Shown piece by piece: positions 39,309 through 47,659 of a DNA stretch of 50,547 bases. This DNA comes from Gaiellaceae bacterium (GTDB taxonomy: Bacteria; Actinomycetota; Thermoleophilia; Gaiellales; Gaiellaceae). The stretch spans positions 1-50,547 of the forward strand of contig DATBAH010000084.1 in assembly GCA_036271615.1 (NCBI GenBank), read 5' to 3'. Position 1 is the first letter of the stretch; each line of letters begins with the position of its first letter. The position numbers were made by a program, and so were the translations under genes. Below the pieces are notes generated by a model. The model made no database searches, was not told the origin of the DNA, and saw only the letters and a list, made by a program, of their open reading frames with translations.

Positions 39309-40049
39309 GTGGATCTCTCACGCGCCTTTGTGAAGGGTCGACGCAACGACGGGAGCAGGCTCGCCCGGCTCGCGGAGCTCGTTCACACCCTCACCGGCAT
39401 CCAGGGAACGAAGAGGGTGCTGCTCCTCGCCGACGGCGCGAGCACGGCCGGCCTCTTCCCCGGCGTTCCGACGGGCGGCCCGATCACGCTTCACCTCCTC
39501 GACACGCCGAACGGGCCGGTTCCGAAGCCGCCACCGCGGAGACAGACGGCGCCCGACGACGACGGCCGACTCGGTCCGGCGACGGCGAACGCGATCCTCG
39601 CCTTCCAGAAGCGGAAGCGGCTCAACCGCACGGGAGTGGCCGACTCCGCGACGAAGAAACGTCTTGCCTCCGCGAGGCGTCCTTAACCGCTCACCCACGG
39701 CGGCACCGGCAAGCGAGCCGAGATCCTCCTCAAGCGCCAGGTCGCGCTCCTGATCAAGGACGACAAGGTCGTTCGCGCGATCGCCGTCTCGACCGGGAAG
39801 CCCTCCACGCCGACGCCACCCGGGAGCTACCACGTCTACGCCAAGATCAGAAAGTGGTGGTCGGAGCCGTTCCGCGAATGGCTCCCCTACGCGCTGCCCT
39901 TCGTCGGCGGCATCGCGTTCCACGAGTTCCTGGTCGGGCCCGCGTACCCCGCGTGGCACGGGTGCGTCCGACAGCTGCCGAGCGTCGCCTCGTGGACGTA
40001 CGACTTCGCCTCGGTCGGCACGCCCGTGAAGGTGATCGCCACCTCCTAG
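39309..40049 (+). pseudogene. L,D-transpeptidase (PG_binding_1 + YkuD catalytic domain) interrupted by an in-frame TAA at 39684-39686; N-terminal region also looks degraded
   Basis: Upstream of the TAA: DGRLGPATANAILAFQKRKRLNRTGVADSATKKRL (peptidoglycan-binding repeat). Same frame downstream, absent from the ORF track because it has no start codon: ILLKRQVALLIKDDKVVRAIAVSTGKPSTPTPPGSYHVYAKI...GGIAFHE...AWHGCVRQ...VGTPVKVI (YkuD with His and Cys). No signal peptide in frame. Confidence 0.6.
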
Positions 40050-40768
40050 CGCAGGATGTTGACCGCCCTCGCTACGACCATCACCGCAAGGGAGAGGCTG
40101 ATCGCCGACTGGACGAGCATCAGCATCTTCGCCCAGCGGCTGAGCGGCATCGTGTCGGTCGGGCTGAACGCCGCCGCGTTCGTGAACGAGACGTAGAGGT
40201 AGTCGAGGAACTGCGGCTGCCAGCCCGACTCGACGAGGGCGGGCTCCGTGTGTTGCGGGAAGAGGAAGTCGCGCTCGCGCGGCACGCACGTCGGGCGGTT
40301 GAGCGGCCCGCCGCCGTCGAGCTGCCAGTACCAGAGGCCGAAGAGGAGGACGTTCACGACCCACATGTGGACGGCTGCCCGCAGGAGCGGCGCAGCGGTC
40401 GCCGGGTCGCCGGCCCCGTTCACGAGCAGGTGGACGAGGAGGATGATCGAGGCGGCGTTCGCGGCGCTGACGATCGCGATCGTGGTGAGGGCGAGCCGGC
40501 GGCGCGTGAGGTGGAGCGCCTGCGGCCCCCAGTCGAGAGCGCGTGCGAGGCGGCCGCTCGTCCGGATCAATCCGAGGGCGAGAAGGACGAGCAGCGTCAA
40601 AGCCGGAACGACCCAGCGGATGAAGCTGAAGGCTCCTGCGCCGTGCCCTGCGATGAATTGGGTCGGCAGGTCCGCGTAGAGCACGGCGGCGGTGACGAGC
40701 GCCGCGGCGGGCAGGAGCGGCGACTCCCCGAGGTCCTCGGAGGGCGCGAGCACGCGGCGCACGTCCAC
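40046..40768 (-). CDS. DUF1345-like integral membrane protein
   Basis: 240 aa, multiple TM helices, C-terminal FLDYLYVSFTNAAAFSPTDT motif as I remember for DUF1345. GTG start. Confidence 0.75.
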   Translation of the reverse strand: MDVRRVLAPSEDLGESPLLPAAALVTAAVLYADLPTQFIAGHGAGAFSFIRWVVPALTLLVLLALGLIRTSGRLARALDWGPQALHLTRRRLALTTIAIVSAANAASIILLVHLLVNGAGDPATAAPLLRAAVHMWVVNVLLFGLWYWQLDGGGPLNRPTCVPRERDFLFPQHTEPALVESGWQPQFLDYLYVSFTNAAAFSPTDTMPLSRWAKMLMLVQSAISLSLAVMVVARAVNILR

Positions 40769-40832
40769 GGATCGAGGCTACGGAAAGCGTCGGCGGGCGC
40801 CCGCCCGGGACGGGGCTACAATCCGCGTTCCA

Positions 40833-40905
40833 GCCCTCTTAGCTCAGCTGGTAGAGCACCTCCATGGTAAGGAGGGGGTCGACGGTTCGAGTCCGTCAGA
40901 GGGCT
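40833..40905 (+). tRNA. tRNA-Thr (GGU)
   Basis: GCCCTCT/AGAGGGC acceptor, GCTC/GAGC D stem, CCTCC-ATGGTAA-GGAGG anticodon arm, GACGG-TTCGAGT-CCGTC T arm, discriminator T. Confidence 0.92.
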
Positions 40906-41346
40906 TTAAAGTCCCTGCAAATCAGCATTTCCTGTTGTCTGTGCTGAATCGCAGGTAAAGAGGGGGTCAGTATGGGAGGCCCGAAGTGCCTCCTCTGCAG
41001 GGATTTCGCTACGGAAGGCTCTTCCGATTTGGTGCCTCTGACCACGCAAGGTCGCACCAGGGTCGCACGCGCTCCGACATTGCCCGCCCGGATCGCTGCC
41101 TTGTCGGCGACCGGAAACCCGGACTAGAACCTCGCCGCGCTACCCGCGATCGACCACGTGCTAGAGAGGGCGTCGGCTACTGCGTCACAAAGAGGTCGAG
41201 TCCCGCGAACCGAGGGCCCGCAGGAGAGGCGAGAACTCATCGCCAGCAAGCGCCCCGATTCGAGCGATCTGGTCTCAAGCAAACGACGCCGGAAGCTCTG
41301 GCTCGAGCAAGCGCGAGCAGCCAACGAGTGCGGGAAACGCGCGCTA

Positions 41347-41505
41347 CTAGCGGCCGAGTCGCGTCCGGCGGCGGATTCCGAGTCGCCTCTGCAGTGCGCG
41401 ATCCTCCTCGCCGTCCTTCCTTGCCGCCCACACGAACACGCCGAGGACAACTGCAGCCATAAACGCAACACTGACCACGACGATGATCACGGCTGCGACC
41501 CTCAT
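41347..41505 (-). CDS. Possible small single-TM protein (52 aa)
   Basis: My translation is MRVAAVIIVVVSVAFMAAVVLGVFVWAARKDGEEDRALQRRLGIRRRTRLGR. It is below the ORF-track size cut-off and has a weak RBS. Confidence 0.3.
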   Translation of the reverse strand: MRVAAVIIVVVSVAFMAAVVLGVFVWAARKDGEEDRALQRRLGIRRRTRLGR

Positions 41506-41537
41506 AAAGACAGGACCTGCCCGTTAGGTCGGGATGT

Positions 41538-42347
41538 CTACCGCGAGCTCATGGTGCCAATGATGCGGGGATGCCCGTCGACGATCGGTGTCGCGTGCAG
41601 TTCGAAGCTCGTGCAGTCGGTCAAGGCGGCGAGGCTGGCGAGCGCGCCGCTCGAGAACTGCCAGTAGACGAAGCGGTCGTGCGGGTAGACGGCGCCTGGC
41701 GCGGGAGCTTGCAGGGCGCCGTCTTCGCTGCCGCCATCGTCGCGCACACCGTAGGTCTCGATCAGTATCCGGCCGCCTTCGGCAAGCCGGCTGGCGAGAA
41801 TGCGGAGTAGCCCGAGTGGATCCTCGACTCGGTGCAGGATGCCGAAGCAGAAGATGAAGTCGAAGCGCTCTAAGGTGCCGTCGAGAACCGAGGCGTCCGT
41901 GCGTTGGTACTCGATCCCGGAGCCCAGCAGACCGTGGATCGCGTTGAAGCCCTCTCCACCTTCGAGCTCGACCTTCCAGCGGTCCCGCACCCAGTGAACG
42001 TACTGCTCGTTGTCGATCGCAAGCACTCGCCTCGCTCCACGTGCCTCGGCCAGGAAGCTGTAGAAACCGTCGAACGCCCCGACATCGAGCACCCGAAGGC
42101 CGGCGAAGGAATCGGGGATCGAAGCGAGCCTGTAGCCATGGTCGCGGGCGGCCCCCGGTGTGTACAGGCCGAGGCCGCGGTTCAAAGCGAACGTATGGAA
42201 CCAAAACGGCACCGAGTCGAGCACCCTGCAGGCCCGGCCCGGATCGACCTCGATCGGCACCTCAGCCGCAACCTCGCGCTCAGAAGGCCAACAATCCGTT
42301 CTCAGCTCGCGTCGCAAGTTCGCTCCCCTGTCCGGGTGCATCACCAA
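41538..42347 (-). CDS. Class I SAM-dependent methyltransferase (CmoB/DUF1698-like)
   Basis: Motif I VLDVGAFDGFYSF; post-I AIDNE; FDFIFCFGILHRVEDPLGLL. Confidence 0.85.
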   Translation of the reverse strand: MVMHPDRGANLRRELRTDCWPSEREVAAEVPIEVDPGRACRVLDSVPFWFHTFALNRGLGLYTPGAARDHGYRLASIPDSFAGLRVLDVGAFDGFYSFLAEARGARRVLAIDNEQYVHWVRDRWKVELEGGEGFNAIHGLLGSGIEYQRTDASVLDGTLERFDFIFCFGILHRVEDPLGLLRILASRLAEGGRILIETYGVRDDGGSEDGALQAPAPGAVYPHDRFVYWQFSSGALASLAALTDCTSFELHATPIVDGHPRIIGTMSSR

Positions 42348-42478
42348 AGCCCGGAGCCAGAGAAGCAGCGCAGGGCGATACTCGCGGACCCTATTGAATC
42401 TTGGTCTACCGACTCGGGGGCACCGCTACCTTCCACAGCAGCAGGCGATGATCGATCGATGACGCGAGGAGACGAGAC

Positions 42479-42898
42479 ATGAAGATCACCCGCAACGTCG
42501 ACGAGACCGGCCGCGGACCGGCCGACTGGTTTACCGGCGACGTCTACATCGACACGATCGCGACACCCTCCGACGCTTCGCGGATCGGCGCGGCCAGCGT
42601 CCACTTCACCCCCGGCGCTCGCACCGCGTGGCACACCCACCCGCACGGCCAGACGATTTGGGTCACCGAGGGCATCGGGCTGTGCCGGCGCGAGGGCGGT
42701 CCGGTCGAGGTGATCCGGCCGGGCGACCGGGTCTTCTTCGAGCCAGACGAGAACCACTGGCACGGCGCCGCACCGATGCGCCTCATGACGCACGTCGCCG
42801 TGCAGCGGGCAGACGAGCAGGGGAATGTCGTCAGCTGGGGCGAGCACGTCAGCGACGAGGAGTACGCGCAGGCGCCGTCGATCGGAGGTGAGCGCTGA
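42479..42898 (+). CDS. Cupin domain protein
   Basis: GARTAWHTHPHGQTIWVTEG...GDRVFFEPDENHWHGA, the two cupin His-containing motifs. Confidence 0.85.
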   Translation: MKITRNVDETGRGPADWFTGDVYIDTIATPSDASRIGAASVHFTPGARTAWHTHPHGQTIWVTEGIGLCRREGGPVEVIRPGDRVFFEPDENHWHGAAPMRLMTHVAVQRADEQGNVVSWGEHVSDEEYAQAPSIGGER

Positions 42899-43932
42899 TG
42901 CGCGCAACCGTGATGCACGGCGCCGGCGACGTCCGGATCGAGAACGTCCCCGACCCAAGCATCACCGACCCGACCGACGCGCTCGTCCGCGTGACCCACG
43001 CCTGCATCTGCGGCAGCGACCTGTGGCCTTACAAGACGCTCGAGTACAGCGATAGCGGCCGAGTGATGGGCCACGAGGCGATCGGCGTCGTCGAGGCCGT
43101 CGGCAGCAACGTCCGCAACATGAAGGCGGGCGACCTGGTCGTGATGCCGTTCGCGTTCTCGGACGGGACCTGCGAGTTCTGCCACGACGGCCTGCAGACA
43201 GCGTGCGTGCACGGCGGCTTCTTCGGCAACGCCGAGGTTCCAGGCGCGCAGGCCGAGGCTGTGCGCGTGCCGCTCGCCGACGGCACGCTGTACGCCCTGC
43301 CGGTGGGCGACGACGACCCGCTGCTGCGCTCGCTCCTGACGCTTTCAGACGTGATGGGTACCGGCCATCACGCGGCCGTCGCCGCCAAGGTCGCACCCGG
43401 CAAGCGAGTCGCGGTCGTCGGCGACGGCGCGGTCGGACTCTGCGGCGTGATCGCCGCCGGGCGGCTCGGAGCGGAACAAATCATCCTCCTCGGCCGCCAT
43501 CCCGACCGGATTGCGCTCGCGCGCGAGTTCGGAGCCACCAATGTCGTAAGCGAACGCGGCGACGAAGCCGTCGAGCGCGTCAAAGAACTGACCGGCGGCT
43601 ACGGCGTCCACTCTGTACTCGAGTGCGTCGGCCTCGAGCAGTCGGAGCTGACGGCGATCGAAATCACCCGACCCGGCGGCGCCGTCGGCCGGGTCGGCGT
43701 CCCGCAGAAGGAGAAGCTCCCCGCGTCGCAGCCCGCGTTCTACAACAACATCAGCGTCAGCGGCGGTCCCGCCCCGGTCCGCGCCTACATCGAGGAACTG
43801 CTGCCCGACATCATCGAGGGACGGATCGAGCCGGGCCGGGTCTTCGACCGCGTCGTCGACCTCGACGGTGTACCCGACGGCTACCGGGCGATGAACGAGC
43901 GCGAGTCGATCAAGGTGCTCGTGGAGCCGTAG
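42898..43932 (+). CDS. Zinc-dependent alcohol dehydrogenase family protein
   Basis: CGSDLW..GHE catalytic Zn motif, structural Zn region (DGTCEFCHDGLQTAC), Rossmann VAVVGDGAVGL. ATGA-type overlap with the cupin gene. Confidence 0.92.
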   Translation: MRATVMHGAGDVRIENVPDPSITDPTDALVRVTHACICGSDLWPYKTLEYSDSGRVMGHEAIGVVEAVGSNVRNMKAGDLVVMPFAFSDGTCEFCHDGLQTACVHGGFFGNAEVPGAQAEAVRVPLADGTLYALPVGDDDPLLRSLLTLSDVMGTGHHAAVAAKVAPGKRVAVVGDGAVGLCGVIAAGRLGAEQIILLGRHPDRIALAREFGATNVVSERGDEAVERVKELTGGYGVHSVLECVGLEQSELTAIEITRPGGAVGRVGVPQKEKLPASQPAFYNNISVSGGPAPVRAYIEELLPDIIEGRIEPGRVFDRVVDLDGVPDGYRAMNERESIKVLVEP

Positions 43933-44074
43933 GCTCGACGCCGAGTACAGACGTCTGCAGGTCGCACCAAGGTCGCACGCCGGCGCGAGACGCGACGAAA
44001 CGCGGCGACCCGGGAGAAACCCGAAGCAGGATCGTTGAGCCGAATCCCGCATGAATCGACCCCCTCCCCACGTT

Positions 44075-44117
44075 CATGGTAAGGAGGGGGTCGACGGTTC
44101 GAGTCCGTCAGAGGGCT
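44075..44117 (+). repeat. Partial tRNA-Thr copy (anticodon loop to discriminator), 43/43 identical to 40863-40905; att-like direct repeat
   Basis: CATGGTAAGGAGGGGGTCGACGGTTCGAGTCCGTCAGAGGGCT. The upstream sequence lacks the acceptor and D arms, so it is not a functional tRNA. Confidence 0.85.
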
Positions 44118-44121
44118 CTAC

Positions 44122-44150
44122 AAAAGCCCCGCAAAACGGGGCTTTTCTTT
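44122..44150. terminator. Bidirectional intrinsic terminator immediately after the partial tRNA copy
   Basis: AAAA-GCCCCG-caaaa-CGGGGC-TTTTCTTT. Confidence 0.65.
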
Positions 44151-44308
44151 GAACTGACCCCACAGTGTTGGCGGTGTGACGCGCGTTTGGAGCAGTTTGT
44201 GGAGCTCCCAAGTCGAGAAGCGCTCCTGCCGGGTCAATGTAGTACGCGAAGCATCAGGACTCTCCGTGCTAAGGACGCCTCGCCTGGACCAGCGTTCCGG
44301 AACGACCC

Positions 44309-44795
44309 GTGAGGGGTCGTCGCGATACTTGGGGCGTGGACGCTGAGGCGAGAGTTCGGGAGGTCGTCGATCGAGAGACAAAAGTCGGCGACATCATGGT
44401 GTCTATCGAACACGTCGGTTCGACGTCGGTTCGACGGCGGTTCCAGGGCTGGCAGCGAAGCCTACTGTTGACCTCGTCGTTGTCGTTCAGCCCGACGATG
44501 TCGGGGTAGCGATCGAGCGGCTTGCCGCGATCGAGTATGTCCACAAAGGCAACCTGGGTGTCGAAGGGCGCGAGGCGTTCGACGTCCCGCCAGGAGAGCG
44601 CCGTCATCACCTCTATATCTGTCGGGCCAATAGCGATGAGTTACGGGCCGAACTCACCTTCCGCAACCGCCTCCGTGACGATCTGTGTCCGACTATGCGG
44701 CGCTGAAGAGACAGCTTGCGATCCGGTTTCGTGATGACCGCGCGGCTTATGCTGATGCCAAGAACGACTTCGTGACAGTCGTGATCAGGTCATAG
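44309..44795 (+). pseudogene. GrpB (UPF0157) family gene disrupted by an 11-bp tandem duplication and a second 1-nt frameshift
   Basis: Three frames joined give ...IEHVGST[dup]AVPGLAAKPTVDLVVVVQPDDVGVAIERLAAIEYVHKGNLGVEGREAFDVPPGERRHHLYICRANSDELRAELTFRNRLRDDLCP/DYAALKRQLAIRFRDDRAAYADAKNDFVTVVIRS. GTCGGTTCGAC is duplicated at 44414-44424 and 44425-44435. Confidence 0.7.
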
Positions 44796-44871
44796 GAGAG
44801 GAAGCTCGCCTCGGCCAGTGTCCCGGAATGACCCCCGATCGACGGGAGGCCCTTCCACCTAGCGGGCTGGG

Positions 44872-46752
44872 CTACTTCCCGACTTTAAGGGCGACCCTTG
44901 AGCCTTCCTTGAGGTGCCTGCCTGGCTTTGGGCTTTGTCCGACGACGTGACCTCGGTTCTTCGTTGTCGATTTGACTCTTGTGATCTTGCCGACGCTGCA
45001 GTGATGGCTCTTGATCGCCTTCTTGGCCGAAGCGAGCGACTTGCCCTTCACCTTCGGCACGACGCACACCGTCGTGTGCTTTGGGGGGACCGCGGCGGGG
45101 CCGAACGTCACGGTAACGAACGTCACACCGAGATTCGGATCGGCACTGGGGTTGAGCGTGACGACGCATGTGCTGCTGCCGCCGGAGCAGCCGCCGCCCG
45201 ACCAGTTCGAGACCGTCGACCCGTGCGCGGCGGTTGCGGTGAGGGTTACCTGCGTCAGGCCAAAGAACTCCGCCTGGCACGAGGTTCCACCAACGGTGCA
45301 GTCGAGGGGGGATGGGATACCGGGTGGGCTACTGGTCACAGTGCCTGACCCGGGGCCGTCGGCTTGGACGATCAAGTTCGCTGGCAGTTTGTTGAAGGCC
45401 GCGGTGATCTTCGTGTTGGCGTTCACCGTGACTGCGCAGGTAGAGGAGCCGGAACAGGGGGATCCAAGCCAACCCCCGAAGGCGTTGGCCGGCGCCGGGT
45501 TCTCCGTCAGGGTCACCTGTGTTCCGGCAGTGACGTTCATCGAGCACGCGGTGGCTGCGACGCCGCAGTCGATGCCGGCCGGGCTGCTGGTGACGGTGCC
45601 CGAACCGACCTCCGGCCCGAGCCCGACGGTCGAAACGGTCAGCGTGTATTGGGGCGGTGCCGGGAGCTGGGTCCAGAACGCTTGGTCGCCGTCGTCGATG
45701 GGTGTGCTGCCGGCGGGGTTCGAGGCGACGACCTCCGCGCAGTACCCGGCGCCGGGGGTGAGTCCTGTGACGTTGATCGAGACGTCGTGGAACGTGCCGT
45801 CCATAGCCGGGAAGATCTGAGGTGCGGTTGAATCCGCAGGCACACCGGAGGCCCCTGCGGTTGTGCACCACTCTGAACTGGCCAGGTCGTACTTCACGAC
45901 GTAGCTCGTGCTCTGGCCGGCGGGATTGATATCCCCTTCGACTGTCGCAGTCGAGTCTTCGGTGGAGAACCCGCCAAAGGTGTCCGCTGTTGGCAGGCCT
46001 TGCATCCACTCGATCTGTCCGCCTGAATCCGAGCCGTCCGCATTCGTGGCTGAGAGCTGCGCGCAATAGCTCGCTCCGTCCGTCAGCCCACTTAAATCGA
46101 CTGCGACGTCGTGGAACGCGCCATCCGCCGGGTCCGGGAGACCCACCGACGTGGCGGTGGTCACATTTGCTGGGGAGCCGGAAGTTCCGTCGCTCGAGCA
46201 CCAGACCGAGCTAGCGAGGTCATATGCCGCCGAATACGTGGTCGTTTCCCCCGCCTGATTCACATCCCCGCGAACCTGAGCATCAGCGGAGCCAACCGAC
46301 ACGGCATCGGACGTGTCAGCAGTCGCTGCACCCTGTGTCCACTCGACCTGGCCGCCGTCAGCTGAGCCCGGAGCGCCGTTCAGGGCGAGGATGTGAGCAC
46401 AGTAGTCGGTCCCCTCGGTTAGGCCGGTCAGGTCGAGCGAGACGGGATGGAACTCACTGTCAAAGCCGACGTCGTACCCGGGGATGTTGTGAGCGGGCGA
46501 GCCCGACGCGCCCCCACTTGAACACCAGGTCGAACTCGCAACGTCGTACAGCACATCGAAGCTGGTGTCCTCTCCCTCCGGGTTGATTTCGCCGTTTACC
46601 GTGGCAGTCGTCGGACCGGTAGAAACGGTGTGGAGCGTGACGGCGCTGGGGGGCGCCGCCGATGACGCAGCCGGGAGGGCCAGCACAAGCGAGCCTGCCA
46701 GGAGAACGATCGCAACAAAAGACAACGCGTGGGAAAGCCGGATGGTCATCAT
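44872..46752 (-). CDS. Secreted multi-repeat protein: signal peptide, three ~105-aa Cys-pair (FN3/Ig-like) repeats, two InlB-B-repeat-like Cys-rich domains, C-terminal PASTA domain
   Basis: Repeats share V.G.INP.G..TSY...YDLASS.WC...G.SG.PA....FHDV...L.GLT.G..YCA. Then GSGTVTSSP.GI.C....C......T.VTLTA twice. The C-terminus is VPKVKGKSLASAKKAIKSHHCSVGKITRVKSTTKNRGHVVGQSPKPGRHLKEGSRVALKV. Confidence 0.85.
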   Translation of the reverse strand: MMTIRLSHALSFVAIVLLAGSLVLALPAASSAAPPSAVTLHTVSTGPTTATVNGEINPEGEDTSFDVLYDVASSTWCSSGGASGSPAHNIPGYDVGFDSEFHPVSLDLTGLTEGTDYCAHILALNGAPGSADGGQVEWTQGAATADTSDAVSVGSADAQVRGDVNQAGETTTYSAAYDLASSVWCSSDGTSGSPANVTTATSVGLPDPADGAFHDVAVDLSGLTDGASYCAQLSATNADGSDSGGQIEWMQGLPTADTFGGFSTEDSTATVEGDINPAGQSTSYVVKYDLASSEWCTTAGASGVPADSTAPQIFPAMDGTFHDVSINVTGLTPGAGYCAEVVASNPAGSTPIDDGDQAFWTQLPAPPQYTLTVSTVGLGPEVGSGTVTSSPAGIDCGVAATACSMNVTAGTQVTLTENPAPANAFGGWLGSPCSGSSTCAVTVNANTKITAAFNKLPANLIVQADGPGSGTVTSSPPGIPSPLDCTVGGTSCQAEFFGLTQVTLTATAAHGSTVSNWSGGGCSGGSSTCVVTLNPSADPNLGVTFVTVTFGPAAVPPKHTTVCVVPKVKGKSLASAKKAIKSHHCSVGKITRVKSTTKNRGHVVGQSPKPGRHLKEGSRVALKVGK

Positions 46753-47201
46753 CGCTGCGGGCCACCGACGGTAGCACCCACAAAGATCGCACTACAAACC
46801 GAAACGCGAGATCAGGATGCAGCGACTACCTCTCTGCGGCTCCGCCTTCATGGAGTCCCGCGCTCCAACCTCCCTGAACCAGGATCGCGACCCCCCACGA
46901 GCCCAACGGCTGCTACAGGGCTATGGATCTGGCCACTCCTGATCGGTCTCCCCCCAGCTGTACCGAACCTACCGTCGCAGACGCGAACGCGACCGCTTCG
47001 CCCCTTGAATAGCGGGAAGCCCGCTCCAAACACCTGCGAGGGGACCGACTGCAACGGCCACGCACGGGCGCCGAATGATGGAGCATTCGTGGAGCAAAGG
47101 GGACGCAAGGGGCGGCAAAACGGCGCAACGGTCGAAATTGCGACCACGCCTAGTCCGGCGAAATTCGTTGCCCCCACCGCCGGTAGTTGCGCACACGACG
47201 A

Positions 47202-47244
47202 CATGGTGAGGAGGGGGTCGACGGTTCGAGTCCGTCAGAGGGCT
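47202..47244 (+). repeat. Third partial tRNA-Thr copy (42/43 identical; A to G in the anticodon-loop position)
   Basis: CATGGTGAGGAGGGGGTCGACGGTTCGAGTCCGTCAGAGGGCT. Confidence 0.85.
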
Positions 47245-47282
47245 TCAGAGAAGTTCCTGCCCGCGAGGTACCCCCGAACCGA

Positions 47283-47639
47283 TCAGCCATGGATCGTGAT
47301 GATGTAGCCGTCGGGATCCTCGAAGGCGAAGGTCAGCCCGAACGGACCCTCGAAGGGGGACGTGACGATGGCGACGCCGGCGTCGGCCAGCTTGTCGTGA
47401 AGGGCGCTTGGATCGTCGGCCTTGAGCCAGAGTGCGACGCCCCAGCCCAGGTGCTCGACTTCCGAGAGGTCCACTGAGGGCACACGAAGGGCGAACGGGA
47501 TTGGTGTCGTGGCAAACACGACCGCCTCGGGTGGGCTCTGTGCCGCGCGCTCGAGTCCCAACTCGTCGGTGTAGAAGCGGGCCGAGGTCTCGAGGTCGCT
47601 CACCTGTAGGGCGATGAAGCTTGGTCCAATGGTCTTCAT
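47283..47639 (-). CDS. VOC (glyoxalase/bleomycin-resistance) family protein
   Basis: Start MKTIGPSFIALQVSDLETSARFYTDELGL (ATG 47639, AGGAGGG SD). C-terminus FAFEDPDGYIITIH. Confidence 0.85.
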   Translation of the reverse strand: MKTIGPSFIALQVSDLETSARFYTDELGLERAAQSPPEAVVFATTPIPFALRVPSVDLSEVEHLGWGVALWLKADDPSALHDKLADAGVAIVTSPFEGPFGLTFAFEDPDGYIITIHG

Positions 47640-47659
47640 GGTCCCTCCTTGTTCGTTAG

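Larger units (their letters stand above)
40906..44074. mobile_element. Putative integrase-less genomic islet 1, bounded by tRNA-Thr and a 43-bp copy of its 3' half
   Basis: Direct repeats 40863-40905 and 44075-44117 are identical. Cargo is a methyltransferase, a cupin and a Zn-ADH. 21-bp arm-like repeats lie just inside both ends. No recombinase ORF found. Confidence 0.5.
44118..47201. mobile_element. Putative integrase-less genomic islet 2, between the second and third tRNA-Thr 3'-half copies
   Basis: Bounded by 44075-44117 and 47202-47244. GC is visibly lower than in flanking DNA. Cargo is a broken GrpB gene and a large secreted repeat protein. About 450 bp at the right end is non-coding. 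Confidence 0.45.

Noticed and set aside
40955-40972. GGTAAAGAGGGGGTCAG, a short degenerate look-alike of the tRNA-Thr anticodon/variable region 50 nt after the tRNA
   Set aside because: It is only ~17 nt long with mismatches, too short to distinguish from chance. It is noted as a possible older att scar only.
40906-47201. Search for an integrase, excisionase or transposase in or next to the tRNA-Thr islets
   Set aside because: I translated all frames of the non-coding stretches (40906-41346 and 46753-47201) and saw no tyrosine-recombinase motifs (R..H.LRH..Y) or HTH excisionase-like ORFs. No mobile-element gene is therefore called.
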